From Gammaproteobacteria bacterium (GTDB lineage Bacteria > Pseudomonadota > Gammaproteobacteria > RBG-16-57-12), in assembly GCA_022712945.1 (NCBI GenBank), contig JAFLJP010000057.1:35449-99448 (forward strand): a stretch of 64,000 nt of DNA, written 5' to 3'. This document shows positions 19,376-29,264 of this stretch, piece by piece (within the stretch, counting starts at the first letter, position 1; the number at the start of each line of letters is the position of its first letter). Position numbers and translations under genes: made by a program. The notes beneath the pieces are model-generated. The model made no database searches and had not been told where the DNA came from. It worked only from the letters and a program-made list of their open reading frames with translations.

Positions 19376-19711
19376 CTAAATGTGTGACGCTTGATCTAAA
19401 ACTTCAGATGCCCACTGATTAATGCTCTTTCCACGTATTTGAGCAGCGGTTGCAACAGCCGCGTGCACATCAGGAGGTACCCTCAGCATCAGCTTGCCAG
19501 AATAGGTTTTTTGTGCCGCTCTACCCGTCTCTTCGCTAATCGAAATATAGTTATCAACAGACTCATGGAAAGCGCTCTCTAGCTCATCGACGGTGGTGCC
19601 ATGAAAACCGACAATATCTTTAATGCCTGCCAAATGGCCAACAAAAATACGGTCATCTTCATCGTATTCATAATGTGATACCAGCCTGTTCCAGGAATTT
19701 TCGAGCATCTT
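19376..19711 (-). CDS. hicB: HicB-family antitoxin (RHH C-terminus)
   Basis: Has the HicB N-domain (YEYDEDDRIFVGHLAGIKDIVGFHGTTVDELESAF) and a C-terminal ribbon-helix-helix (YSGKLMLRVPPDVHAAVATAAQIRGKSINQWASEVL). The start is uncertain. The longest ORF, to 19774, would overlap hicA by 107 nt. Confidence 0.7.
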   Translation of the reverse strand, partial: KMLENSWNRLVSHYEYDEDDRIFVGHLAGIKDIVGFHGTTVDELESAFHESVDNYISISEETGRAAQKTYSGKLMLRVPPDVHAAVATAAQIRGKSINQWASEVLDQASHI

Positions 19712-19922
19712 TAACTCGGTAGCGTACTGCTTCTTTATCAGGGTGAGGTCGATGGAAATCGACTCGAATATCATTCAAAACAAAACTAACAGCAGAACCC
19801 GCCCTCTCCGTGCGAATGGCTCCCAAAGAGAGGAACAACGCCTCTATTTTACGCGATTCGATATTCCCATTAACAGGGTCATCAAATATCGCTTTGAGCG
19901 TCTTTCTGATTTTACTGTTCAT
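19668..19922 (-). CDS. hicA: HicA-family toxin (YcfA-like mRNA interferase)
   Basis: MNSKIRKTLKAIFDDPVNGNIESRKIEALFLSLG...VSFVLNDIRVDFHRPHP is a HicA signature. It lies upstream of and overlaps hicB. The start may instead be the Met at 19952. Confidence 0.7.
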   Translation of the reverse strand: MNSKIRKTLKAIFDDPVNGNIESRKIEALFLSLGAIRTERAGSAVSFVLNDIRVDFHRPHPDKEAVRYRVKDARKFLEQAGITL

Positions 19923-20274
19923 GCCCTTAATGATAGCTGTTTTTGATGCCACAGTAAGCTAAAAGTGATATCAATAATTAAAATGCAAAAAGGACTCAAA
20001 TATTACATTGACTCTTTGTCTTTTTGGTTGGCCCAGTTAAGTTTTTATCGGGTGCTGTGTTGTAATATTTGACCCTTGAAACTCTAATGAATGCCCCCCC
20101 CAAAAACGAGCGTCAAAAAGCGATTCAATTTGGGGAGGGCAACTACTCTGACACAGAGAGTACACACCAAGTACCAGCAAAAGCCGGTTCTATTGAAAAT
20201 AAGGCTACACCACCTTCCCAATCGCATCGATTTCTGGCAAAGTAGAGGCCGATTTTAAATGATGGAGAGTCAAC

Positions 20275-20556
20275 GTGGCAAAAGCGAGTGCGCGACATAT
20301 TTTGGTAAATGGCGAAGAGCAGTGTAATGATTTAAAGGCACAGATTACAGCGGGGGCTGATTTTGCTGAGTTGGCAAAGCAGCATTCGGGGTGTCCTTCA
20401 GGGCGTGATGGCGGGAGCCTGGGTGAGTTTGGCCCCGGTATGATGGTGCCTGAGTTTGATCAAGTGGTTTTCAGTGCGCCGATTGGTGAGGTGCAGGGGC
20501 CGGTAAAGACTCAGTTTGGTTACCATTTGCTGGAAGTAACTGAGCGCACTGATTAG
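20275..20556 (+). CDS. ppiC: Parvulin-type peptidyl-prolyl isomerase PpiC
   Basis: 93 aa and near-colinear with E. coli PpiC (HILV...ADFAELAKQHSGCPSGRDGGSLGEFGPGMMVPEFDQVVFS...FGYHLLEV). It uses a GTG start after a GGAGAG RBS. Confidence 0.9.
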   Translation: MAKASARHILVNGEEQCNDLKAQITAGADFAELAKQHSGCPSGRDGGSLGEFGPGMMVPEFDQVVFSAPIGEVQGPVKTQFGYHLLEVTERTD

Positions 20557-20582
20557 ATCGTCTGCTGAATTGAACAGAATCA

Positions 20583-20616
20583 GGCCCGCAAGGTTTAACC
20601 TTGCGGGCCTTTTTTA
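20583..20616 (+). terminator. Rho-independent terminator after ppiC
   Basis: 'ggcccgcaagg tttaa ccttgcgggcc' forms an 11-bp GC-rich stem followed by TTTTTT. Confidence 0.8.
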
Positions 20617-20651
20617 TTCGTCAAAACGATGCGTTTTAGTGAAAGGCTTTA

Positions 20652-20684
20652 GGGTGGGGGGAAAGACAAGTAAGAGCGGTATGC
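20652..20684. repeat. MITE1 internal fragment (about 33 bp)
   Basis: 'agggtggggggaaagacaagtaagagcggtat' matches the MITE1 interior ('agggtgggcgaaaagacaagtaagagcggtat'). It has no TIRs. Confidence 0.4.
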
Positions 20685-20725
20685 TTTTCGGGGGTATCCA
20701 TAGTGGTTGAGTGGCTGTTTCTGGT

Positions 20726-22495
20726 TTAGAACGGCCAAACGATGGGGATGATGGTCAGTGCCATCGCGGCCAATATCACGGTAATCGGCAGGCCGAAGCG
20801 GAGGTAGTCGGAAAAGTGATAGCCGCCGGGGCCGTAGACCATGAGGTTGGTTTGATAGCCGATGGGGGTGGCGAAGCTACAGGATGCGGCGAACATGATC
20901 GAGATAATAAAGGGCATCATGCTGACATCCAGCTGTTGTGAGGTCATCAGTGCAATCGGGAACATCAACACGGCGGCGGCGTTGTTGGTGATCAGCTCGG
21001 TGCAGAGCACGGTCATCAGGTAGATGAGTATGAGTGCCAGCATTGGTTCTGCCCCGGCGGTTGCTACCAATTGGTGGGCGATGGCGCTGGCAGCACCACT
21101 TTTGGTGAGTGCCGCGCCAATGCCGATGGATGCGGCAATGACGATCAGCACTTGCCAGTCGACACTGCGTCGGGCGCTGCTGCTGCTGATGCAGCGTGTC
21201 AGAATCATCACCCCGGCTGCCAGAAAAGCGGCTTTGAACATGGTGAGCCAGCCGAGGGTAACAGCGCCGATCATAGCAACCATAATCGTCATCGCCAGGG
21301 CGGCTTTGTCGTGGTTGGGGCGCTTGGAACCGGCAACGGTACTGACCAGAAAGAAGTCACGTGAGTTCTTTTGTTGTTCGAGAAAGCTGGGGGAGGCTTC
21401 CAGCAGTAGGGTGTCGCCTGCGGAGAGATTGATGTCTCCAATTTTTTGATTCAAATGCTCACCATTACGGGCGACCGCAATGACGGCGGCATTGTAGTGG
21501 GCACGGAATTTTCCATCACGAATGGTTTTTCCCAGTAGTGGGCAGCTGTTGGAGACCACCACTTCTACCATGGTGCGGATATGGCGTGGTGAGTTGAGTT
21601 CTTCATGCTGTTCTGACGGGGGTTGCAGGCCACGAATTTTTTGCAGATCAACCACCGATTCGGTGACCCCGGCAAACACGAGAATATCATTGGCCAGTAG
21701 TTTGGTGCGTGGTGAGACGGCGGGTATTAGGTTGCCATCCCGCTCGATGGCGGAGAGAAACAGGCCGGGGAGTTGACGCAATCCGGCTTGTTCGATGTTT
21801 TTGCCAGCCAGTGGGCCGTTGGGTTCTATCTCCATTTCAATGGTGTATTGGCGCATGTTGTCGAATTGACTGATGGCGGGAATGCGTTCTTTGAGTAACC
21901 ACTTGCTGGTGATCAGGGTATAGGCCAGGACGATCAATGCGGCGGGCAGGCCAAGGTAGGCCAGCTCCCACATGCCAAGCCCGCCTGAGCCACTCTCTTC
22001 AATATAGAGACCATTGATAATCAGGTTGGTGCTGGTGCCAATGAGGGTCATGGTGCCGCCGACAATCGCCGCATAGCTGAGTGGCATCATCAATTTTGAG
22101 ACCGATATTTGCTGGCGTTTGGCCCACTCATTGACGGCGGGGATCAACATCGCTACCACTGGGGTGTTGTTGAGCAAGGCGCTCATGGCCATCACTGGGG
22201 CCATCAGTCGAAACTGAGCCCACATAATATTTTTAGGGCGTCCCAGCATACTCTGGCTGAGCCAACTGATGGCACCGGTATCTTTTAGCCCGGCGGCGAT
22301 GATGAACAGCAGTGCAACGGTGGCCATCCCTTCGTTGGCCATGCCCGCCAGCGCCTCTTGTGGTGTGAGAATGCCGACTAGCAGCAAAATCATCAGGCCG
22401 CCGACAATCACCACATCGGCTGCCACTTTGCTCAATAACAAGGCGCTGAAACAGCTGCCGATAACCGCTAGGGTAAACCACGCTTCCCAACCCAT
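20726..22495 (-). CDS. SLC13/DASS-family anion permease with two central TrkA-C (RCK_C) domains
   Basis: 589 aa. Polytopic N- and C-halves flank two regions typical of RCK_C regulatory domains. Confidence 0.8.
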   Translation of the reverse strand: MGWEAWFTLAVIGSCFSALLLSKVAADVVIVGGLMILLLVGILTPQEALAGMANEGMATVALLFIIAAGLKDTGAISWLSQSMLGRPKNIMWAQFRLMAPVMAMSALLNNTPVVAMLIPAVNEWAKRQQISVSKLMMPLSYAAIVGGTMTLIGTSTNLIINGLYIEESGSGGLGMWELAYLGLPAALIVLAYTLITSKWLLKERIPAISQFDNMRQYTIEMEIEPNGPLAGKNIEQAGLRQLPGLFLSAIERDGNLIPAVSPRTKLLANDILVFAGVTESVVDLQKIRGLQPPSEQHEELNSPRHIRTMVEVVVSNSCPLLGKTIRDGKFRAHYNAAVIAVARNGEHLNQKIGDINLSAGDTLLLEASPSFLEQQKNSRDFFLVSTVAGSKRPNHDKAALAMTIMVAMIGAVTLGWLTMFKAAFLAAGVMILTRCISSSSARRSVDWQVLIVIAASIGIGAALTKSGAASAIAHQLVATAGAEPMLALILIYLMTVLCTELITNNAAAVLMFPIALMTSQQLDVSMMPFIISIMFAASCSFATPIGYQTNLMVYGPGGYHFSDYLRFGLPITVILAAMALTIIPIVWPF

Positions 22496-22574
22496 GAATG
22501 ATGCCTATTCCTTCGTTGATCTATTTGACGGATTCTACTGATAAAACAGGGGTGTCGCTACTCTCCAGCCCATT

Positions 22575-23519
22575 TTATTCGTGTAGCAGTCGCTGCACCT
22601 GGTGTGGATCGTTGAGGGTGCGGATGTTATCGAACAGCCGTTGGGCTTCGTGGTAGTGGCTTTTTAGATAGCGAAGCCACTGTTTAAGGCGTGAAACAAT
22701 GTGGCAGTCGGCCACCCCGGCAGTGATACCGTCAAGCAACATGGTCTCAATCAGTGGAATAACGCAAGCCCAGGTTACGCTGCTGTGGCTGGCTCCCATT
22801 TGAAACTGGCGGATCTGTTGCACCAGGCCTGGGTTGATGATCACCCCTCGACCGATCATCACATCATCACAGCCGCTGATTTCTCGGCAGCGCAGGTAAT
22901 CATCCAGCGAGTTGATATCCCCATTGGCGACCACTGGAATGGTCAGTGATGCGCGGATACGGGCGATCCACTGCCAGTCGGCAGGTGGGCGATAACCCTC
23001 TTTTTTGGTGCGTCCGTGTACCACGATGCTATCGGCCCCGCCCGCTTCAACCGCGTGGGCGTTCTCTAGCGTGAGGGAGGTGTCGTCATAACCGAGGCGG
23101 ATTTTTGCGCTGAAGGGGATATTGTCGGGAACAACCTCACGCACCGCCGCCACAATCTGCTGAACCCGCTTTGGCTCTTTGAGCAAAACAGCCCCGCCTG
23201 CTTTGCGGTTGACGAATTTGGAGGGACAGCCGAAGTTAATGTCGATGCCTTTCGCACCCATCTCGATAGCTCGTTGTGCATTGATGGCGACAATTTCTGG
23301 CACGCCACCGAGTAACTGTATGGTGACGGGTGTGCCTGCCGGGGTGCATCCGTCATTGAGTAGCTCCGGGCAGGTGCGACGAAAGACGCGGCGCGGCAAC
23401 AGCCGATCGGTGACACGGATAAATTCGCTGACACAGAGATCAAGCCCTCCGATATCGGTCAAAAACCGGCGCATCTGCTGGTCGACTACGCCTTGCATTG
23501 GGGCGAGCAGGATCTTCAT
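22575..23519 (-). CDS. dusC: tRNA-dihydrouridine synthase (DusC-like)
   Basis: The Dus TIM-barrel motifs are present (LAPMQGVVD..., INFGCPSKFVNRKAGGAVLL, VVHGRTKKEGYRPPADW, VVANGDI). Its length and lack of extensions fit DusC. Confidence 0.75.
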   Translation of the reverse strand: MKILLAPMQGVVDQQMRRFLTDIGGLDLCVSEFIRVTDRLLPRRVFRRTCPELLNDGCTPAGTPVTIQLLGGVPEIVAINAQRAIEMGAKGIDINFGCPSKFVNRKAGGAVLLKEPKRVQQIVAAVREVVPDNIPFSAKIRLGYDDTSLTLENAHAVEAGGADSIVVHGRTKKEGYRPPADWQWIARIRASLTIPVVANGDINSLDDYLRCREISGCDDVMIGRGVIINPGLVQQIRQFQMGASHSSVTWACVIPLIETMLLDGITAGVADCHIVSRLKQWLRYLKSHYHEAQRLFDNIRTLNDPHQVQRLLHE

Positions 23520-24697
23520 GCACTCAATTCAACTACACCGTCGCAGATCTGCAACGTTGATTCACCATTAAGTACCGAGAGCAGTGGTTTGCCCAGTAAC
23601 TCACCACGCCACCCTTGCAGCAGCGCTTGTTCATGATCGCCCATCACCAGGGCCTCAATCTCTTTGCGGTTCGCAAGTGATGCCATGGCAATACGGCTTT
23701 TTGCCGCTACCATCCGCACCACAGACATCAGTAGATCCGCCTGCGCCTCTTGGTCGACGGTCGGCGCACGTTTTCTGGGGAAGGAGGGGCACGCCTCTTT
23801 TTCCACCGCCTTCCCCTTGGCAACCAGTGCCAACAGCTGATCACCATGGTGACTAACCGTGCGTTCATTGAGCCCCCGAATACGGGCCAGGCGTGTCACA
23901 TCCGCTGGCCCATGGCGAGCCACATCCAGCATCACCTCATCGGCCAAAATCCACTTGCGTGGTCTGTTTTTTTCACGGGCTGTCTGCTCTCGCCAGGCGG
24001 CTACTTCACGTAAAATGGCCAACTGGGGTGGTTTGAGTCGATTGGCACCCCGCACTCGCTGCCAGAATTGATGGTCATCTTTCTGATAACGAGAGTCATC
24101 CGCTAGGGCGGCAAAGTCGTTTTCTAGCCAGCTGCTGCGCCCCAGTGAGTCCAGTTCATCCACCAGGCGATGGTAGAGCGGCAATAGATAGCGCACGTCA
24201 TCGGCGGCGTATTCCAGCTGAGCGTCATCCAGTGGGCGCAGTGTCCAGTCGGTGCGACTGTGTGATTTGTCCAACTCAACTTCCAATACTGCTTGTACTA
24301 AATTACCGTAACCAATCTGACTTCCATGCCCCAGCAACGCGGCGGCAATTTGGGTGTCAAACAGTGGCTTCGGTAATTTCCCGTAGGCATCAAAGAAGAG
24401 CTCCAGGTCTTGGCCTGCGGCGTGAAATACTTTGATGATTTGTTCATCGTAAAGCAGTTCCATTAGGGGGCTGAGATCTTCAATTGCTAGCGGGTCGACA
24501 CAGGCAATCACATCCTCAGTGGCCAGTTGCAGCAAGCAGAACTGCGAGTAGTAGTGCTTTTCGCGCATAAACTCGGTGTCTAATGCCACCACCGAAGCCC
24601 CTTTGAGCTGCTGGCATAATTGCTGAAGTGATTCTGCGCTATCTATATAGTGTGCCTGCATGGCAAGGTTATCCTCTCTGTTTCGGTTAATTCGCAC
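23516..24697 (-). CDS. rnd: Ribonuclease D
   Basis: Has a DEDDy 3'-5' exonuclease domain (VVALDTEFMREKHYYSQFCLLQL...YAADDVRYL) and an HRDC region. 393 aa. Confidence 0.9.
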   Translation of the reverse strand: MRINRNREDNLAMQAHYIDSAESLQQLCQQLKGASVVALDTEFMREKHYYSQFCLLQLATEDVIACVDPLAIEDLSPLMELLYDEQIIKVFHAAGQDLELFFDAYGKLPKPLFDTQIAAALLGHGSQIGYGNLVQAVLEVELDKSHSRTDWTLRPLDDAQLEYAADDVRYLLPLYHRLVDELDSLGRSSWLENDFAALADDSRYQKDDHQFWQRVRGANRLKPPQLAILREVAAWREQTAREKNRPRKWILADEVMLDVARHGPADVTRLARIRGLNERTVSHHGDQLLALVAKGKAVEKEACPSFPRKRAPTVDQEAQADLLMSVVRMVAAKSRIAMASLANRKEIEALVMGDHEQALLQGWRGELLGKPLLSVLNGESTLQICDGVVELSA

Positions 24698-24840
24698 ACT
24701 GCTAGTACAGCAACCACTTTATATTGGCGGAATGCCACAGGGTCGCCCGAAGAGTTGCTCTGTCTGCTTCCATGGCGGCGTTGTGCTTCTTGTGAAGGGA
24801 ACAACCATTACCTGCAAAGCACGCCTTGCCACGAAAACAG

Positions 24841-24877
24841 ACAGAACAACGGATCCGTCAATATAAAGTGGTTGATG
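24841..24877. repeat. 37-bp repeat R, copy 2
   Basis: Matches 2433-2469 at 36 of 37 positions. It lies 23 bp from the MITE-like IS derivative. Confidence 0.6.
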
Positions 24878-24900
24878 TACTAGTTTCAGTTAGCTACTTT

Positions 24901-25067
24901 TCTAGGAGCCTGTCCGAGAATAGAGGTCGTAGCGAGAGAGTGTGATTTTTAGTTCATTTTTTCGACAATTTGAGACGAATGGTTGTTCCCTTTAACGAAA
25001 ATTGGCGGGAAAATGAGCAAAAAACACGCTTTCGCAGTAGACCTATCTATTTTCGGACAGGCTCCTA
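24901..25067. mobile_element. MITE-like IS256-derived element (167 bp) with 22-bp perfect TIRs (ctaggagcctgtccgagaatag)
   Basis: The left 100 bp match the solo ends at 3291-3388 and 61731-61808. The right 65 bp match the IS end at 2475-2540 in reverse complement. No coding capacity. Confidence 0.8.
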
Positions 25068-25101
25068 GGTTACTATGACGCCATTATAACAGAGGCCGTG
25101 G

Positions 25102-25605
25102 TTGTTAATTTCCTGTATGAACCCATTATTTAAAGCCTTTCTCGACCTGTGTCTGTTTCGGAGTGGCCCCCAGGACCTACCCACCTCAATCTGGCTGCGT
25201 AACGCTACTCTGGTGGGCTATTTTTTAGTCTCTGCTGCACTCTCCATGTCGATAGCGCCCGAGCTCAACTCTCTACTGGCGGCACTGCTGGACACTTTTT
25301 TCCTTGCGCTGCTGGTTGTCGGCTCTCTGTGGTTGGTGAGTAAGCGTGAGCGGATTAACCAGACGTTGGCCGCCATCTATGGTAGCGGAGTTCTGTTTAA
25401 TCTTGCGATTGCGCCATTGGCGATTATTTATCTCTCAATGGACAAACAGGCCGGGCCGTTACTCGCCACCGGAATTACAGCCCTTGGCCTGTGGAACCTT
25501 GCGGTACTCGGTAATATTTTACGTTACGCCCTTAACTTGCCACTGATCGCCGGTATGGCCATCGCTATCACGTATCTAGCTCTTTCATCGCTACTTGTGC
25601 GTTAA
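25102..25605 (+). CDS. Polytopic inner-membrane protein, function unknown
   Basis: 167 aa with 4-5 hydrophobic helices. It lies immediately upstream of mpl, with a 12-nt gap. Confidence 0.4.
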   Translation: MLISCMNPLFKAFLDLCLFRSGPQDLPTSIWLRNATLVGYFLVSAALSMSIAPELNSLLAALLDTFFLALLVVGSLWLVSKRERINQTLAAIYGSGVLFNLAIAPLAIIYLSMDKQAGPLLATGITALGLWNLAVLGNILRYALNLPLIAGMAIAITYLALSSLLVR

Positions 25606-25617
25606 ATAGGACAGATT

Positions 25618-26988
25618 ATGCATATTCACATACTCGGCATCTGCGGAACCTTCATGGGTGGTATCGCCCAGCTAGCACGGCAGATGGGTTACACCGTCAG
25701 CGGTTCTGATACCAACGTTTACCCGCCGATGAGTACTCAGCTTGAACAGGCGGGCATTCAGATTAAAGAGGGCTTTCACCCTACTCACTTAGAGCCAGAG
25801 CCAGATCTGGTGGTGATTGGCAATGCGATGTCCAGAGGGAATTCATTAGTCGAGCTGGTACTTAACCGTGGCATGCGCTACTGCTCTGGCCCCGCTTTTT
25901 TAGCGGAGTATATTCTGCCCCAGCGCTGGGTGATTGGTGTATCAGGCACCCACGGAAAAACCACCACCAGCGCCATGGTTGCCTGGATTCTGGAGCATGC
26001 GGGTTTTAATCCGGGCTTTCTTATCGGTGGTGTGCCGAACAATTTTGATCTCTCTGCCCGCCTGGGCTCAGCACCTTTTTTTGTGGTTGAGGCCGATGAA
26101 TATGATACCGCTTTTTTTGATAAGCGCTCCAAGTTTGTCCACTATCAACCTCGCACTCTGGTGATCAATAATCTGGAGTTTGACCATGCCGATATCTTTG
26201 CCAACCTGGATGAGATCAAGCGCCAGTTCCACCACTTGATCCGTACCGTGCCCAGTAACGGGCGCATTATTTTCCCTGATAATGAGCAAGAGATTCACCA
26301 GATGCTCAAAATAGGCTGCTGGACGCCACAGGAGCTGATCGCTTCTCCCGCAGGCTGGGAGGCACGCAACCAGACAGCGGATGGATCGGCCTTTGATGTC
26401 TATTTTGAAGAGAAGCTGGTGGGTCACCTGAGCTGGCCACTGATTGGCCAACACAATGTGTTCAACGCCTTGGCCGCTATTGCCGCAGCACGCCATGCGG
26501 GGATTCGCAGTGCCGATGCGGTGGCTGCTCTGTGTGAGTTTAGCGGTGTTAAGCGCCGTCTTGAGCTGCGCGGGGTGGTTAACAATATCTCGATTTATGA
26601 TGATTTTGCTCACCACCCCACGGCGATTGCCACCACACTGGATGGATTGCGACAACGGGTAGGCCCACAGGCGCGTATTATTGCGGTGATGGAGCCGCGA
26701 TCCAACACTATGCGGATGGGGGTGCATAAAGAGAGCTTGGCCAATAGCCTGCGGGAGGCTAATCAGGTTTTAATTTTACAATCCAAAGCGATCGACTGGT
26801 GTGTGGATGAGATGATTGCCCAGCTCGCAGGGGAGGGAACGGTATTTGACCAAGTCTCCTCAATCATTGAACACTTACACCAGCACGCCCAGGCGGGTGA
26901 TCATATTCTGATGATGAGCAATGGGGGGTTCGGTGATATTCATACCCGGCTGTTGGAGGCGCTGGGGAGCGATGAAAAACCAGAATAA
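25618..26988 (+). CDS. mpl: UDP-N-acetylmuramate:L-alanyl-gamma-D-glutamyl-meso-DAP ligase
   Basis: Carries the Mur-ligase motifs (GICGTFMGG, VSGTHGKTTT, the DEYDTAFFDKRSKF block). 456 aa. Confidence 0.9.
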   Translation: MHIHILGICGTFMGGIAQLARQMGYTVSGSDTNVYPPMSTQLEQAGIQIKEGFHPTHLEPEPDLVVIGNAMSRGNSLVELVLNRGMRYCSGPAFLAEYILPQRWVIGVSGTHGKTTTSAMVAWILEHAGFNPGFLIGGVPNNFDLSARLGSAPFFVVEADEYDTAFFDKRSKFVHYQPRTLVINNLEFDHADIFANLDEIKRQFHHLIRTVPSNGRIIFPDNEQEIHQMLKIGCWTPQELIASPAGWEARNQTADGSAFDVYFEEKLVGHLSWPLIGQHNVFNALAAIAAARHAGIRSADAVAALCEFSGVKRRLELRGVVNNISIYDDFAHHPTAIATTLDGLRQRVGPQARIIAVMEPRSNTMRMGVHKESLANSLREANQVLILQSKAIDWCVDEMIAQLAGEGTVFDQVSSIIEHLHQHAQAGDHILMMSNGGFGDIHTRLLEALGSDEKPE

Positions 26989-27169
26989 ATAAAAAGGATT
27001 GAAAGGTTCAGGTCGATGATCTACGAACCCAATGGCCTGTCGAATCGATCACAACAATAAAAGAGAAAAAACCGGACAATGAAGCCAGAGTATTTGCAAC
27101 ATGCATTCAGAGTAGCGCGGATGATAAAAGCAGTGGAGTCCACCCCCATGAGTATCGGTTTCTAATTAA

Positions 27170-28237
27170 ATGCCCCGCATCTACCTCTTGATCATATTAC
27201 TGCTGAGCAGCACGCCGATCTATGCACTGGAAAGCTATCTCGATATGGAGGGCTTTGTTTATACCGGGCCGGTTCCCTACAGTGAATTTGTCAGTGACTG
27301 GTCATCTGGTTTTCAAAAAAATAACAACGTGATTGGCTATTCATGGTTAGAGGCGGGTGTCCACAACCAACGCTGGGGGCTTGCCATTGTGCAGCAGCAA
27401 TATATGCAGATGGAGCTCTCTGATGATGCCGCTGAATTTTATTACCTCACACAAAACAGACTGCCGCTTGACGCGGGCAGACAGTACCAGATTGACTACC
27501 GGGTGGATGCTTATACAACCGAAGGGGTTCGTCTGTTTCACCGGACAAATCCTTTTCAGAACCTGTCATTGCAGATAGGTGCGCATATCATGAAGGGTAG
27601 CGAGTTACAGTCGGGATATACCAAAGGTAATATTACTGCCAGCAGTCGCAGTGACTACGATTTTGATAACCTGCAAGTTGACTATCACTACTCTGAAGAT
27701 AGATTATTCAATGGGGTGGTTGAATCGATAACGGGAGAAGGTATCGCGCTTGATCTAACGGCCCATTGGGCGATCAGCCGTAATAACCAACTCTCACTCC
27801 AGGTTCGAAATCTGGGTGGCTACATCAAGTGGAAAGATAACCCCCGCAGCAGCGGCACCATCGAATCGAGCGATAAAGAGTACGATGATAATGGCTATAC
27901 CACGGTTAATTCAACACTGAATGGCATCACACAAACTGAAAACTATCGCCAGCAGTTGCCACTGTTGTGGCAGAGTGAATTTGAGCACCACTACAGTTCA
28001 CGTGGTCGATTACATGCTCAACTAATGGGCAGTGAGGTACAGAGCTTCTATCGTGTCGGCATGAGTTATCGGGTGTTTGGCAAGCAGAGTCTGACGCTTC
28101 TCTACACACTCAACACCCAATCCTTCAGCTTCGGTTACCAAAATGAGTGGTTGAGCCTGCAGATGCAGTTTGATGCAACAAAGCCCAATGAGAGCCACAC
28201 GCTGGGCCTGTGGTTACAGGCCAACTACGGTTTTTAA
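27170..28237 (+). CDS. Secreted or outer-membrane protein, function unknown
   Basis: Has an N-terminal signal peptide and alternating amphipathic beta-like segments. The C-terminus ...LQANYGF ends in an aromatic residue. Confidence 0.4.
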   Translation: MPRIYLLIILLLSSTPIYALESYLDMEGFVYTGPVPYSEFVSDWSSGFQKNNNVIGYSWLEAGVHNQRWGLAIVQQQYMQMELSDDAAEFYYLTQNRLPLDAGRQYQIDYRVDAYTTEGVRLFHRTNPFQNLSLQIGAHIMKGSELQSGYTKGNITASSRSDYDFDNLQVDYHYSEDRLFNGVVESITGEGIALDLTAHWAISRNNQLSLQVRNLGGYIKWKDNPRSSGTIESSDKEYDDNGYTTVNSTLNGITQTENYRQQLPLLWQSEFEHHYSSRGRLHAQLMGSEVQSFYRVGMSYRVFGKQSLTLLYTLNTQSFSFGYQNEWLSLQMQFDATKPNESHTLGLWLQANYGF

Positions 28238-28403
28238 GGGCGAGGCTTTATCCCCAAAAATTGCCCAATAGCTTGCTATTACTCTTATTTTTTCCCTCCC
28301 CATCTGTCTTATACAAGGCTCTTCCAAAGAGTAAAAAGCGTGTACTCAACGCTGAACTCGACTATATTCATTCAGCGATGAATAGAGATGGTTCACTTAA
28401 TCA

Positions 28404-29021
28404 ATGGTAAATAACAGCAATCAGAGTATATCCCTCGCCATAACGGGTGCCTCCGGCGTACTGTATGGCTTGCGTCTGCTGGAGTGCCTGATCCAGGCGG
28501 GTGAGCCGGTCTTGTTAATGATTTCCCAAGCAGCACAGGTGGTTATTGCCACCGAAACAGATCTTAAACTCACCTCTCGCCCGGCAGAGATTCAACAACA
28601 GCTGGGTGCCCGTTATGGTGCCAAAGAGGGGCAGCTTCAGGTGTTTGGGAAAACGCAGTGGATGGCATCCGTTGCCAGCGGATCGAATGCGCCACGGGCG
28701 ATGGTGGTCTGCCCTTGCTCTACTGGCACTCTCTCCGCTATTGCCACCGGTGCCAGTAATAATCTGATTGAACGGGCGGCTGATGTGATGCTCAAAGAGC
28801 AGAAGAAGCTGATTTTGGTTGTGCGAGAGATGCCACTCTCTGCCATCCATTTAGAGAATATGCTAAAGCTATCACGTCTGGGGTGTGTGATTATGCCAGC
28901 CAGTCCGGGCTTTTATCACCGGCCAACTGAAATCAATGGCTTGATTGACTTTGTGGTTGCTCGCATACTGGATCAACTGCATATTCAACAAAAACTGATG
29001 CCCCGCTGGAGTGATTCATAA
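28404..29021 (+). CDS. ubiX: Flavin prenyltransferase UbiX
   Basis: ISLAITGASGVLYGLRLLE ... MVVCPCSTGTLSAIATGASNNLIERAADVMLKE is the UbiX/Pad1 fold. Confidence 0.9.
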   Translation: MVNNSNQSISLAITGASGVLYGLRLLECLIQAGEPVLLMISQAAQVVIATETDLKLTSRPAEIQQQLGARYGAKEGQLQVFGKTQWMASVASGSNAPRAMVVCPCSTGTLSAIATGASNNLIERAADVMLKEQKKLILVVREMPLSAIHLENMLKLSRLGCVIMPASPGFYHRPTEINGLIDFVVARILDQLHIQQKLMPRWSDS

Positions 29022-29264
29022 TCCTGGATTCCCCAGTTGACCGCTTCATTTTGGTGCCAATGAGTTAAATATGGAAATAATAGACTTTGATTTATCTATT
29101 CACCTAGTGGATAAGTTACGCTACGGTGCGAATTGCACGCTTGCGAGGGCGCATGGCCGCGTTACAACGCCTTGGAATAGAACCGGCTATTCCGCGTTGT
29201 TGTGCCTTGCCCTGCACCCCCGCAAACGCACACTTCGCTCCGTCCAACTGAGGATTCCAGGATA

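Noticed and set aside
19168-19376. Possible tRNA or tmRNA fragment next to hicAB (hairpins 'ccaccagatttggctggtgg', 'cccgtgattacggg')
   Set aside because: No T-loop (GTTCRANYC) or acceptor-stem complementarity could be built. These are probably just local hairpins.
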